A stretch of 64,000 bases of DNA from IMG/VR virus record IMGVR_UViG_3300036834_000211, positions 32,001 to 96,000 of that record; one strand, given 5' to 3'. The position numbers were made by a program, and so were the translations under genes. This DNA is from a virus. The notes beneath the pieces are model-generated. The model did not search any database. It had not been told where the DNA came from and was given only the letters and a program-made list of their open reading frames with translations. Shown piece after piece: positions 45,520-53,622 of this stretch. Position 1 is the first letter of the stretch. Every line of letters starts with the position of its first letter.

Positions 45520-47096
45520 ACCTCGAGCGTCGAATCATCACCGGCCTGATAGTCAGTGCCGACTTCCTCCAGCGCGTCTCGCCGTTCTGGTCCGACGAGC
45601 TGATAGAGGCTCCAGAGTTTCGTCGAATCGCGCGCTGGTGCCTGTCTCACTACGAGCGGTACCAGCGCGCTCCAGATCGCGACATCGAGCAGATCTACCT
45701 GTCGGCGATCCGAGATGAGTCCATTCCCAAGGCCGAGGCCGAGCTGATCGAGGGGATCCTGAGCGCGGTCTCAGACGACTACGAGCGCGGTGATCAGTTC
45801 AACTCGGCGTACCTGTACGATCAGACGGTGAAGTTCCTCCGCGAGCGCGAGCTGGCTCAGCACAACGAGCGCGTGGGAGATCTGATCGAGCGCGGGCAAC
45901 TGGAGGAGGCCGAGGCACTGGCCTCCGAGTTCCGACCCCGCAGCTGGGCAACCACCCGCGGTCTCGACCTCGGCACCGAGGCTGGCTACGCGGCGGTCCG
46001 GGCCGCGTTCGAGCAGGCTAGTGCGCCGATACTGAGGTACCCCGGTGCGCTGGGGGAGATGCTCAATCGCCACCTGATCAGGGGAGGTTTCGTCTCGCTT
46101 GAGGGGCCCGAGAAGCGCGGTAAGACGTTCTGGCTGACCGACATGGCGTTCCGGGGACTGCGTCAGAAGTGCAACGTCGCCTTCTTCCAGGCGGGGGATC
46201 TGACCGAGAGTCAGTACCTGCGCCGCATGGCGGTGCACTTGGCCAGGTGCTCCGACGACCCCGAGTACTGCGAGGCCCACTGGCGTCCAGTGGGCGACTG
46301 CGCTCACAATCAGTTCGACCTGTGTCGCCGGTCGGACCGCAACTGCGACTGCGGCATCTACGACGAGTCACGCTACGAGGAGTTCAAGGAGAATCCGAAC
46401 GAGTTGCAGCAGTTGTCCAAGCTGGTCAAGTTGGCCCAGTTGAATCCGAGCTACTCGCCGTGCGACAGCGCGTCGTGCGACGAGCGCTGGCCCGTCGTGT
46501 GGCTCGAGTCCGTACCGTCGAGGGAGCCACTGACCGGCGACCGCGCGGCCCGCATCGTCCGGGCGTTCTTCGAGCGGTATAGACGCCGCTTCCGGCTGGC
46601 GACGTACCCGAACGGGACGCTGACGACCGACGAGATGCGCTCGTGCTTGGACGAGTGGGAGCGGGAGGACTTCGTCCCGGACATAATTGCAGCAGACTAC
46701 GCCGACATCATGTCCGCGCCCGACCGGGAGTACCGGCATCGGCAGAACGCAATCTGGATGGGGCTCCGCGGGATTAGCCAGGAGCGGCACGCGCTGGTGG
46801 TTACCGGGACCCAGACCGATGCCGCCAGCTACCGGTCGGAGCTGCTCGGGATGGGCAATTTTACCGAGGATAAGAGGAAGCGCGGACACGTTACTGCGTC
46901 GTTCGGATTGAACCAGGATCCTCAGGGCCGCGAGAAGACCTTGGGTATCATGCGGATCAACACGATCGTGGCCCGTGAGGGTGATTTCAACCCGACGCGC
47001 GTGGTCACCGTGCTGCAGCACCTAGCTGCAGGCCGTCCCTTCGTGGAGAGCTTTCGCGAGAGCAATTCGCGACTTCGCGCTGTATCTGGAAATTAG
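45516..47096 (+). CDS. dnaB: DnaB-like replicative helicase with Cys-rich insertion
   Basis: Walker A 'GPEKRGKT', Walker B 'IIAADYAD', 'TGTQ', 'EDKRK..HV'. Confidence 0.8.
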   Translation: MNLERRIITGLIVSADFLQRVSPFWSDELIEAPEFRRIARWCLSHYERYQRAPDRDIEQIYLSAIRDESIPKAEAELIEGILSAVSDDYERGDQFNSAYLYDQTVKFLRERELAQHNERVGDLIERGQLEEAEALASEFRPRSWATTRGLDLGTEAGYAAVRAAFEQASAPILRYPGALGEMLNRHLIRGGFVSLEGPEKRGKTFWLTDMAFRGLRQKCNVAFFQAGDLTESQYLRRMAVHLARCSDDPEYCEAHWRPVGDCAHNQFDLCRRSDRNCDCGIYDESRYEEFKENPNELQQLSKLVKLAQLNPSYSPCDSASCDERWPVVWLESVPSREPLTGDRAARIVRAFFERYRRRFRLATYPNGTLTTDEMRSCLDEWEREDFVPDIIAADYADIMSAPDREYRHRQNAIWMGLRGISQERHALVVTGTQTDAASYRSELLGMGNFTEDKRKRGHVTASFGLNQDPQGREKTLGIMRINTIVAREGDFNPTRVVTVLQHLAAGRPFVESFRESNSRLRAVSGN

Positions 47097-47099
47097 ATG

Positions 47100-47128
47100 T
47101 TGACTTTGAGCGGCAGATGTTGTATAAT
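47100..47128 (+). promoter_or_regulatory. Sigma70 promoter
   Basis: TTGACT-N17-TATAAT. Confidence 0.85.
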
Positions 47129-47167
47129 GTTCACGTTCGAGATTTTTCTCATTGGAAGGAGGTAGAG

Positions 47168-47635
47168 GTGTTGAAGGTCACCAGGGGCACACTCGTTGAC
47201 GCGGCCAAGGATCTCAACAAGATATTGGATCCCGACCCACCGATCGACGTCAAACTTGGGGTACCCGAGCTGCAGGAGCAAGTCCTTGCGGCAGCGAACT
47301 TGTTGAAGGAGGGGGATGCCGTGAAGGGTTCCACTCGAGAGGTGGTGGATCTGCTACGCAGTGGTGGTGAAGACGGAGGTGAGGATAAGGGCGAGGCAGC
47401 CCCGACCACGGCCCGGCGTTCCGGCTCGTCGCTCCCAAATCGATACGAAGGCTCGTCTGCGCAGAGGCTCGACAACGCCCTTCTAAAGGGTGGGAAGATC
47501 GAGAAGATTGCGGATGATCTGGGTATGAACAAGGGTCAGGTCAAAGCGCACGCCAAGTTCCGCGCTAGGTCGGGCAAGTTCTCCCTGAGAGAGGACGAGG
47601 ACGGTACCCTGAAGTTGACCAAGGTCGCTGCATAG
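47168..47635 (+). CDS. Putative DNA-binding protein (C-terminal HTH-like)
   Basis: RBS AGGAGG then GTG; 'IEKIADDLGMNKGQVKAH'. Confidence 0.55.
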   Translation: MLKVTRGTLVDAAKDLNKILDPDPPIDVKLGVPELQEQVLAAANLLKEGDAVKGSTREVVDLLRSGGEDGGEDKGEAAPTTARRSGSSLPNRYEGSSAQRLDNALLKGGKIEKIADDLGMNKGQVKAHAKFRARSGKFSLREDEDGTLKLTKVAA

Positions 47636-47642
47636 AATCGTA

Positions 47643-47779
47643 GGGATGACGGCTTCATTTCCTAGGAGCCGTCTTTCCCCTTATTCCAGCCTTGATTTCG
47701 TCTGATCCGGTACCGAGCGGAGTCACCAACCACGAGGCCGGGAGGTTGCGAGGTCAAGGCTGGAATAAGGGGAGGGAGG
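47643..47779 (+). promoter_or_regulatory. Structured RNA leader upstream of folE
   Basis: 25-bp stem 47676-47700/47749-47773 (2 G-U pairs), two internal hairpins, competing hairpin 47643-47679. Confidence 0.6.
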
Positions 47780-47783
47780 TTGA

Positions 47784-48353
47784 ATGGATTGGGATCGAGT
47801 TCGCACCGGCGTAGTCGACATCCTGGTGGGTCTAGGCTGCGACTTGAGTGATCCGAACTTCCTTGGCACCCCCGATCGGGTCGTCGAGTCTTACAAGGAG
47901 ATCTTCGGCGGCCTCGACGAGGTGTCTCAGAAGATTGAGGACATCCTGAGCAGTTCGTTCCCGTGTAGTCACGATCAGCTCGTCGTCGCACGAGGTATGG
48001 AGGTGTACGGGGTCTGTCCTCATCACCTACTACCGGTTCGGTACTCGGTCGTCGCGGCCTATCTCCCCGGGTCCGCACCCGGTGGACGCGTTGTTGGGTT
48101 GAGTAAGATCTATCGGCTCGTCAAGCTGCTGGCTGGTAGGCCCGTTCTACAGGAGCAGATGGTCAACGACGTTGCCGAGGCGTTGATGCACATCCCTGGT
48201 TGTCAAGGATCGGGGGTCGTCGCCCACGGCGAGCACTTGTGTGTTCGGATGCGCGGGGTACAGCAGGTCGACAGTGTCGTGACGACGAGCAGCCTGCGCG
48301 GTGTCTTCCTCAGTGATGGTGACGTCCGAGCCGAGTTCATGTCCCTGCGTTAA
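47784..48353 (+). CDS. folE: GTP cyclohydrolase I
   Basis: 'TPDRV', 'CPHHLLP', 'GLSK..RL', 'RP.LQE', 'HLC..MRGV'. Confidence 0.95.
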   Translation: MDWDRVRTGVVDILVGLGCDLSDPNFLGTPDRVVESYKEIFGGLDEVSQKIEDILSSSFPCSHDQLVVARGMEVYGVCPHHLLPVRYSVVAAYLPGSAPGGRVVGLSKIYRLVKLLAGRPVLQEQMVNDVAEALMHIPGCQGSGVVAHGEHLCVRMRGVQQVDSVVTTSSLRGVFLSDGDVRAEFMSLR

Positions 48354-48366
48354 TGGGGGTTTCCTG

Positions 48367-48561
48367 ATGATAGTGACCTTGATTGTTTTCGTCTGCAGCC
48401 TATATTCTGCAGGTGAGTGCAAGAACGTTGAACATTCCGAGTCGTTCCCAAGTTTTGAGGCGTGTCAGTCCAGGATTGACGAGCTTCAGGAGCAGGACTC
48501 TCCGATGCCAGACGTGAAGGTAATTGGTTACACCTGTCGGGATGTGACTGATGAAGACTGA
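48367..48561 (+). CDS. Small Cys-containing protein with hydrophobic N-terminus
   Basis: MIVTLIVFVC...C...C...C. Confidence 0.5.
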   Translation: MIVTLIVFVCSLYSAGECKNVEHSESFPSFEACQSRIDELQEQDSPMPDVKVIGYTCRDVTDED

Positions 48562-49237
48562 CGAGCGTTTCGTTGTGACGGGGGCGTCTTCTGGTCTTGG
48601 CAGGGAGATCTATCAGTACCTCACCTGTCGATATCAGACTTCTCAAGTCATTGGGGTGTCCCACCACGGGCCCGACATCGTGACCGACTTGTCCAATCAG
48701 ATGGGCCTCCTGTCGGTAGTTGCGGAGCTGGTGTCGTGCTCACCGCCACATCTGTCGAGACCCATCCGCTGCCTGGTGAACTGCGCTGGTGTGCTGCACC
48801 TCGGAGATGGCGACGATGCGAATGCGGATCAGATCTTCAACGTTAACTTCTGGGCGCCGTATCACTTGTCGATGAATCTCAGGGAGTGCTTTGTGTCCGG
48901 TGAGAGCAGCGTCATAAACGTGGCCTCGGTCTCCGGTATGATCGCCGATCCTGACACACCCGTCTATGGATCAAGTAAGGCTGCTCTCATCTCGCTGACT
49001 AAGAGCCTGGCGATTAAGTGGGCTCCCCACGTCCGAGTGAATTGCATCTCTCCTGGATTCTTCGATACGAATCTAGTCCCCGAGCCCACCCCGCAGCATC
49101 TGATCGATCGAGTGCCGCTGGGCTTCGAGGCCTCGACTGGGATGATAATCTCTGCGGTCGAGATGCTATTGAGCTGTCCGTACGTGACTGGTTCGAATGT
49201 CGTGGTTGATGGAGGACTGTCGTGCAGGGCAGTGTGA
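48551..49237 (+). CDS. Short-chain dehydrogenase/reductase
   Basis: 'TGASSGLG', 'NCAG', 'YGSSK', 'RVNCISPG'. Confidence 0.9.
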   Translation: MKTDERFVVTGASSGLGREIYQYLTCRYQTSQVIGVSHHGPDIVTDLSNQMGLLSVVAELVSCSPPHLSRPIRCLVNCAGVLHLGDGDDANADQIFNVNFWAPYHLSMNLRECFVSGESSVINVASVSGMIADPDTPVYGSSKAALISLTKSLAIKWAPHVRVNCISPGFFDTNLVPEPTPQHLIDRVPLGFEASTGMIISAVEMLLSCPYVTGSNVVVDGGLSCRAV

Positions 49238-50280
49238 CACCTCGGTACAGTTGCATCTTCATCTCGCGTGCCTGTCCGCGTGCCTGTTCGTACTGTCTCA
49301 GCAAGGACGTCCGCGGTGCAGGATCACTGCTCACACCGAAGGGGTGGGCCGATGCCTTGCGCATACTCGAGTCCCACGGCATCGTCTTCCACCTGATACT
49401 CGGGAACGAGCTGTTCACCTACCCGGATCCGGTGGGATTAGTCGAGGCGCTGAGGCCGTTCTGGGGCCGCTACGCAATCTACTCGACCTTCCCACCCGGC
49501 TATGCGAAGCGGTACCTGGACCCTTGCATCGAGGCGGGTCTGTACAACATCTCCGGTGGAGTGGACGTCCCGGCGGGTATGAAGACTGGCGATCGTCACG
49601 TTGATCGGAAGAGCAGTGAGGTGCTGTACTGGCTCGACTACTGTCACACCCACGGTGTGCCAGACGTCCAGGCGACCGTGACGATCCACCGGCACAACTA
49701 CGATAAGCTGGAGCCACTCCTGGACTACTGCACGGAGCGAGACATCTGGGTCGGATGCAGTCTGGTTGAGGCGAGTCCCGATGGGAAGCACGACTTCTAC
49801 GGTTCGGTCGACTCGATGCGCGACTGGTTGATTCCAGAGAACGAGCGCGGCAGGTTTAGGAGTGCGATGTCCCGACTCGCCAGCCAGGTTTCGTCGGGTC
49901 GGTGGAAGATGCAGGTTCCACCGTCGTACTTCGAGGAGATGGGAGAGCGCGAGGTCGATCGAGATCCGTGGCACTGCAGCCTCCCTTTGCTGATCCACGT
50001 GGAGGAGGACGGTGTCCTCCGCGCGTGCTCCTACCGGGGTGGACTGGACGAGCGCTACACCGTGTTCGACCTGCGCGAGGGCGGCTCCTTGTCGATGTCG
50101 CGGTATATTGAGATGCAGCAGAGGAAGACGAGACAGTGCCCGGGCTGCGGGGTCGGCGGGGGAGCGTGGAGCTACTGGTACATGGCAGAAGAATGGCAGA
50201 AGGGCCTCGTCGAGCTGGGCGACCAGGTGTTCCAGCGGCACGTTCCCGGTTACGAATTTGAGAGGACGAGGCAGAAATGA
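49222..50280 (+). CDS. Radical SAM protein with C-terminal SPASM/twitch-like cysteines
   Basis: 'CPRACSYC', 'GNE'; C-terminal 'WHC..P...H...DG.LRAC...CPGC'. Confidence 0.85.
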   Translation: MQGSVTPRYSCIFISRACPRACSYCLSKDVRGAGSLLTPKGWADALRILESHGIVFHLILGNELFTYPDPVGLVEALRPFWGRYAIYSTFPPGYAKRYLDPCIEAGLYNISGGVDVPAGMKTGDRHVDRKSSEVLYWLDYCHTHGVPDVQATVTIHRHNYDKLEPLLDYCTERDIWVGCSLVEASPDGKHDFYGSVDSMRDWLIPENERGRFRSAMSRLASQVSSGRWKMQVPPSYFEEMGEREVDRDPWHCSLPLLIHVEEDGVLRACSYRGGLDERYTVFDLREGGSLSMSRYIEMQQRKTRQCPGCGVGGGAWSYWYMAEEWQKGLVELGDQVFQRHVPGYEFERTRQK

Positions 50281-51011
50281 GTGATCCTATCATCTACGTG
50301 TTGCTGAGCGGAGGGATCGACAGTGCCACCGCACTGGGCCTCGCCGTTGAGAAGGTGGACGAGGTGCGATGCGTTACGATCGACTACGGACAGCGTCACC
50401 GCCGCGAGATCGAGGCTGCCGCTGCCCTGGCTGAGATATACGACTGCGAGTACGATCTCATCTCGATGCCGATGGGACGGACGATGCTGACCGATCCGAC
50501 GATTGAGGTGCCCGACGTCGACTATAGCGAGATCATCGGCGTATCACCCACCTACGTCCCATTTCGCAATGGTCTCATGCTGTCGACGGTGGCTTCTTAC
50601 ATTGCGGGTCGGCATCACGACCTATCTCAAAGGTTTATCGACCCTGGTGATGGCGGCATTGGAAAGCCACTCAATCCTGATTACGACCGAGACTGTTTGA
50701 TCTACTGGGGGGCCCACGCTGAGGATGCAGCCGGCGGGGCGTATCCGGACTGCACTGCCGAGTTCGTGGGTGCGATGTCGTGCGCGATTGCCATCGCAAC
50801 GTCGCATAAGGTTAGATTGGTGGCACCCTTCGTCGCGATGTCGAAGGCCGAGGTTGTCGAGCGAGGGTCCCTACTGGGCGTGTCGTATCGGTGGACGTGG
50901 AGTTGCTACAAAGGGGGTGAGAAGCACTGTGGGGTCTGTCCTACGTGTCGAGCTCGCAAGAGGGCCTTCCTCGATGCGGAGGTTGCGGATCCGACTGAGT
51001 ACGCCGAGTAG
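50277..51011 (+). CDS. queC: 7-cyano-7-deazaguanine synthase
   Basis: 'SGGIDS', 'YGQRH..E', 'TYVPFRN', 'YPDC', 'TWSCY.G...HCGVC.TC..R'. Confidence 0.95.
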   Translation: MSDPIIYVLLSGGIDSATALGLAVEKVDEVRCVTIDYGQRHRREIEAAAALAEIYDCEYDLISMPMGRTMLTDPTIEVPDVDYSEIIGVSPTYVPFRNGLMLSTVASYIAGRHHDLSQRFIDPGDGGIGKPLNPDYDRDCLIYWGAHAEDAAGGAYPDCTAEFVGAMSCAIAIATSHKVRLVAPFVAMSKAEVVERGSLLGVSYRWTWSCYKGGEKHCGVCPTCRARKRAFLDAEVADPTEYAE

Positions 51012-51013
51012 CC

Positions 51014-51109
51014 GCCTGCGCGTGCCGTCCAGCTTGACAAAAGTATTTTGGGCTATCGCTATAGCCTCCAGGCTCCTCGCTGGGATGGACGAGCCTTAAA
51101 GACGATTTC
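51014..51109 (+). repeat. Dispersed intergenic element copy 4
   Basis: gcctgcgcgtgccgtccagcttgacaaaag...gctatagcctcc (as copy 1) plus tggacgagccttaaagacgatttc (as copy 2). Confidence 0.85.
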
Positions 51110-51122
51110 CTAGGAGAGCAGT

Positions 51123-51494
51123 ATGACTGAGACTTTTACTCGTTTGGTGGACAAGCATCATTCTCCATTGATTTTAAGGAAATATACGAAATGGGGCTTT
51201 CCTGTTTATGTGTCGATCATTGCCGATAACGATTTGAGTGACTTTGATGAAGTGGTAGTTGGGTATGTTGAGGAACATAAGGTTGAGGGGTGGGTTAATG
51301 ATATTCAGAGATTGCGTAATCTTGCTGGTGAATTAACTGAGTATTTGTGTCGAAAATATGATAAAACTGAGGGGGTAGGTGTGATGCTCTACGTCGACAA
51401 ACTGTTTGTGGTCTCTCTATTCGGGGATCATATGAATCATGGTTCGTGCAAACAAGAATTCTATGATTTAGTAAAGATATCTGCCCATATTTGA
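51123..51494 (+). CDS. AT-rich hypothetical protein within the modification cluster
   Basis: RBS AGGAG; low GC. Confidence 0.6.
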   Translation: MTETFTRLVDKHHSPLILRKYTKWGFPVYVSIIADNDLSDFDEVVVGYVEEHKVEGWVNDIQRLRNLAGELTEYLCRKYDKTEGVGVMLYVDKLFVVSLFGDHMNHGSCKQEFYDLVKISAHI

Positions 51495-51504
51495 GGTCAC
51501 CAGG

Positions 51505-52164
51505 ATGAGAAAAGGGTACAAGCAGACATTAGCACATCGAATTTCTCGATTGGCTTGGTTGAAAGATAGTGAGAAACTTAGACAAGCGATTGAGAAGTCG
51601 TCGACATCGCAGCGAGGTATTCGACGCCCTTGTATATCCGGAAGCAGACATCCAAATTATGGTAATATTGGTCATTTGTCTGATCGCAAGTGGGTGACTA
51701 ATGGGATTGAGAATAAACGGATTTATATTAATGAAGAGATTCCATTGGGTTGGCGGTCTGGGATGTTATTAAAGAAGAAGAGTAGTAAAGTACACCGTTG
51801 TTTAGTTGGTTCATTTACGAATATTGAATGGGAGGGATTAAAGCGATACTACGATTTTAGATGTCATTGCTGTCGAAAACAAGAACCGGAGGTTAAACTT
51901 GAGAAGGATCATATAGTTCCGGTCAGTCTCGGGGGATTGAATATTATTGAGAACATTCAGCCTCTTTGTGTTCGATGTAATCGGATTAAGAAAGCCCGTA
52001 TTATTGCTTATAGAGTTAATAGGTTTCATAGTCTAGTTCGTATGCGAGAACGACTAGAGTCTATTCTAAGGAAAAGAGCTGCGTTAGGTTTGCTTGATAT
52101 TGAGTTTACTAGAATGCTGGCCTTCGAATTGGGGGTGCAGCTTCCGACGTCGATTGGTATTTGA
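51505..52164 (+). CDS. HNH endonuclease with NUMOD-like N-terminus
   Basis: 'CHCC......LEKDHIVP.S.GG.N...NIQPLC.RCN'; 'HPNYG', 'KWVTNG' motifs; low GC. Confidence 0.85.
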   Translation: MRKGYKQTLAHRISRLAWLKDSEKLRQAIEKSSTSQRGIRRPCISGSRHPNYGNIGHLSDRKWVTNGIENKRIYINEEIPLGWRSGMLLKKKSSKVHRCLVGSFTNIEWEGLKRYYDFRCHCCRKQEPEVKLEKDHIVPVSLGGLNIIENIQPLCVRCNRIKKARIIAYRVNRFHSLVRMRERLESILRKRAALGLLDIEFTRMLAFELGVQLPTSIGI

Positions 52165-52649
52165 TGTCTTCCATCTCCATCTGGGCACCCCACCCCGACG
52201 ATGAGATAATCGGATGCTGGTCCGCCCTGCATCTAAAGCACCGAGTTGATGACATATCGGTGATCTACTTGTCGGGTGTTGGTGATCCCGGTATAGAGAG
52301 ATCACAGGCGAGGTTTGGTTTTCGATATCTGTACGCAGGATACGCGAATATGGAGGCGGCTGGGCCATATAGTACCGTCTTGGCACCCGATCCTGCGTCG
52401 GATTGGCACCCGCTGCATCAGCGGGTCGGTCAGGTGGCCCAGCATATGTTCCGCGACGGTAAGATCAGGCGTTTGATCATGTACACGACGAGGATGTTGG
52501 CTCCGTACGTATTCGAGGTGGCGAACCCAGCGGCGAAGCGAGCGGCGTTGAACGATTGCTATCCCGAGAAGAGCAGCCTTTGGGAGTCCGATCACAGGTT
52601 CTTCCTGTTCGAGGGCTACTGCTCCTGGTTGCGCCCCGGTGAAATATGA
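52161..52649 (+). CDS. PIG-L/LmbE-family N-acetylglucosaminyl deacetylase
   Basis: 'APHPDDE.IGC' and 'HP.H' metal-binding motifs. Confidence 0.85.
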   Translation: MMSSISIWAPHPDDEIIGCWSALHLKHRVDDISVIYLSGVGDPGIERSQARFGFRYLYAGYANMEAAGPYSTVLAPDPASDWHPLHQRVGQVAQHMFRDGKIRRLIMYTTRMLAPYVFEVANPAAKRAALNDCYPEKSSLWESDHRFFLFEGYCSWLRPGEI

Positions 52650-52686
52650 TTACGTAAGAAACGGCCAATGATCAGGAGAACATAAA

Positions 52687-53622
52687 ATGGGAAGACTAAT
52701 AGTCGTACCTCAGTATCCCGCCAGACTTAGGTATCAAGAGTGGTATCCGCAGCGGATGCGAGAGTATGCCAATCACTTTGACGAGGTCATCTTCCTCAAG
52801 CCCGACACTGAAGCCCTGCTTCCACCATTGGGTGGATTCTCTCCCGTCGACTTGGCATTAGACTACGAGCTCTGTCAGATCAGGACGTACCTCGATCTGA
52901 CACTCGAAGATGAAAACGTGCTGTTGCTGTGCGACCTCAGCTTCCCCGGGCTGTTCGCCTCCGTCCTGTACCACAAGCGCCCCAGTCGTTGCTTTACCAT
53001 CTGCCACGGGACGTCGAGGAACAAGCACGACTACTTTGCCGACTGTCGATCCAGTAAGTGGAGCGTCGAGGGCGGGCACAGTGAGCTGTTCGAAGGGGTA
53101 TTCGTCGCGACTGAGTACCACCGCCGGAAGTTGGGTTGGTCCAACTGCCACGTCGTCTCCTTCCCACTCCCTCGAATTAGCGAACTGGGGGATCTTCACC
53201 CTTCCATCGTACGTGCGTACCGACCGAGTCGTATCGTCAGCGTTGCCCGACCCGGCCTGCAGAAGGTGAATCTGGAGGTCGAGCAGGAGATCGAGGAGAT
53301 GACGGGCAGTCGGATCGTCAGGTTCCACGAGACGGGTGGACGGACTTGGTCCGACTATTACTCGTTCCTGCGGGACGCTGACTTCCTGCTGGTCTCGTCG
53401 AGGGAGGAGACCTACGGCTACCAGGTAATTGACGCGCTATCGGTGGGTACGGTTCCCATTGCCCCCCGCGCGTTGTCGTACCCCGAGTTGCTGCCAGCTC
53501 GCTGTCTGTACGAACCCGGCAGTGCAGTGGATGCGGTCGCTGTGATGGAGCGGTATCCCACTTGTCCGGCCTTGTGGGAAGATACATTCATCAGGGACAC
53601 TGCTCGTATAATGCAAGCATGA
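52687..53622 (+). CDS. Glycosyltransferase (GT-B fold, GT4-like)
   Basis: 'R...QK', 'S.REETYGY...DA...G..P.AP..LSYPEL'. Confidence 0.85.
   Translation: MGRLIVVPQYPARLRYQEWYPQRMREYANHFDEVIFLKPDTEALLPPLGGFSPVDLALDYELCQIRTYLDLTLEDENVLLLCDLSFPGLFASVLYHKRPSRCFTICHGTSRNKHDYFADCRSSKWSVEGGHSELFEGVFVATEYHRRKLGWSNCHVVSFPLPRISELGDLHPSIVRAYRPSRIVSVARPGLQKVNLEVEQEIEEMTGSRIVRFHETGGRTWSDYYSFLRDADFLLVSSREETYGYQVIDALSVGTVPIAPRALSYPELLPARCLYEPGSAVDAVAVMERYPTCPALWEDTFIRDTARIMQA

Noticed and set aside
46245-46500. Intein in the helicase
   Set aside because: Short, with no C-terminal His-Asn followed by Cys/Ser/Thr
47643-47779. tRNA, SRP RNA or known preQ1 riboswitch upstream of folE
   Set aside because: No cloverleaf or T-loop, no SRP loop consensus, and no preQ1-I A-rich tail recognisable by eye
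49222-50280. Calling the radical SAM protein QueE
   Set aside because: Length and C-terminal Cys cluster do not fit canonical QueE, so it is left unnamed
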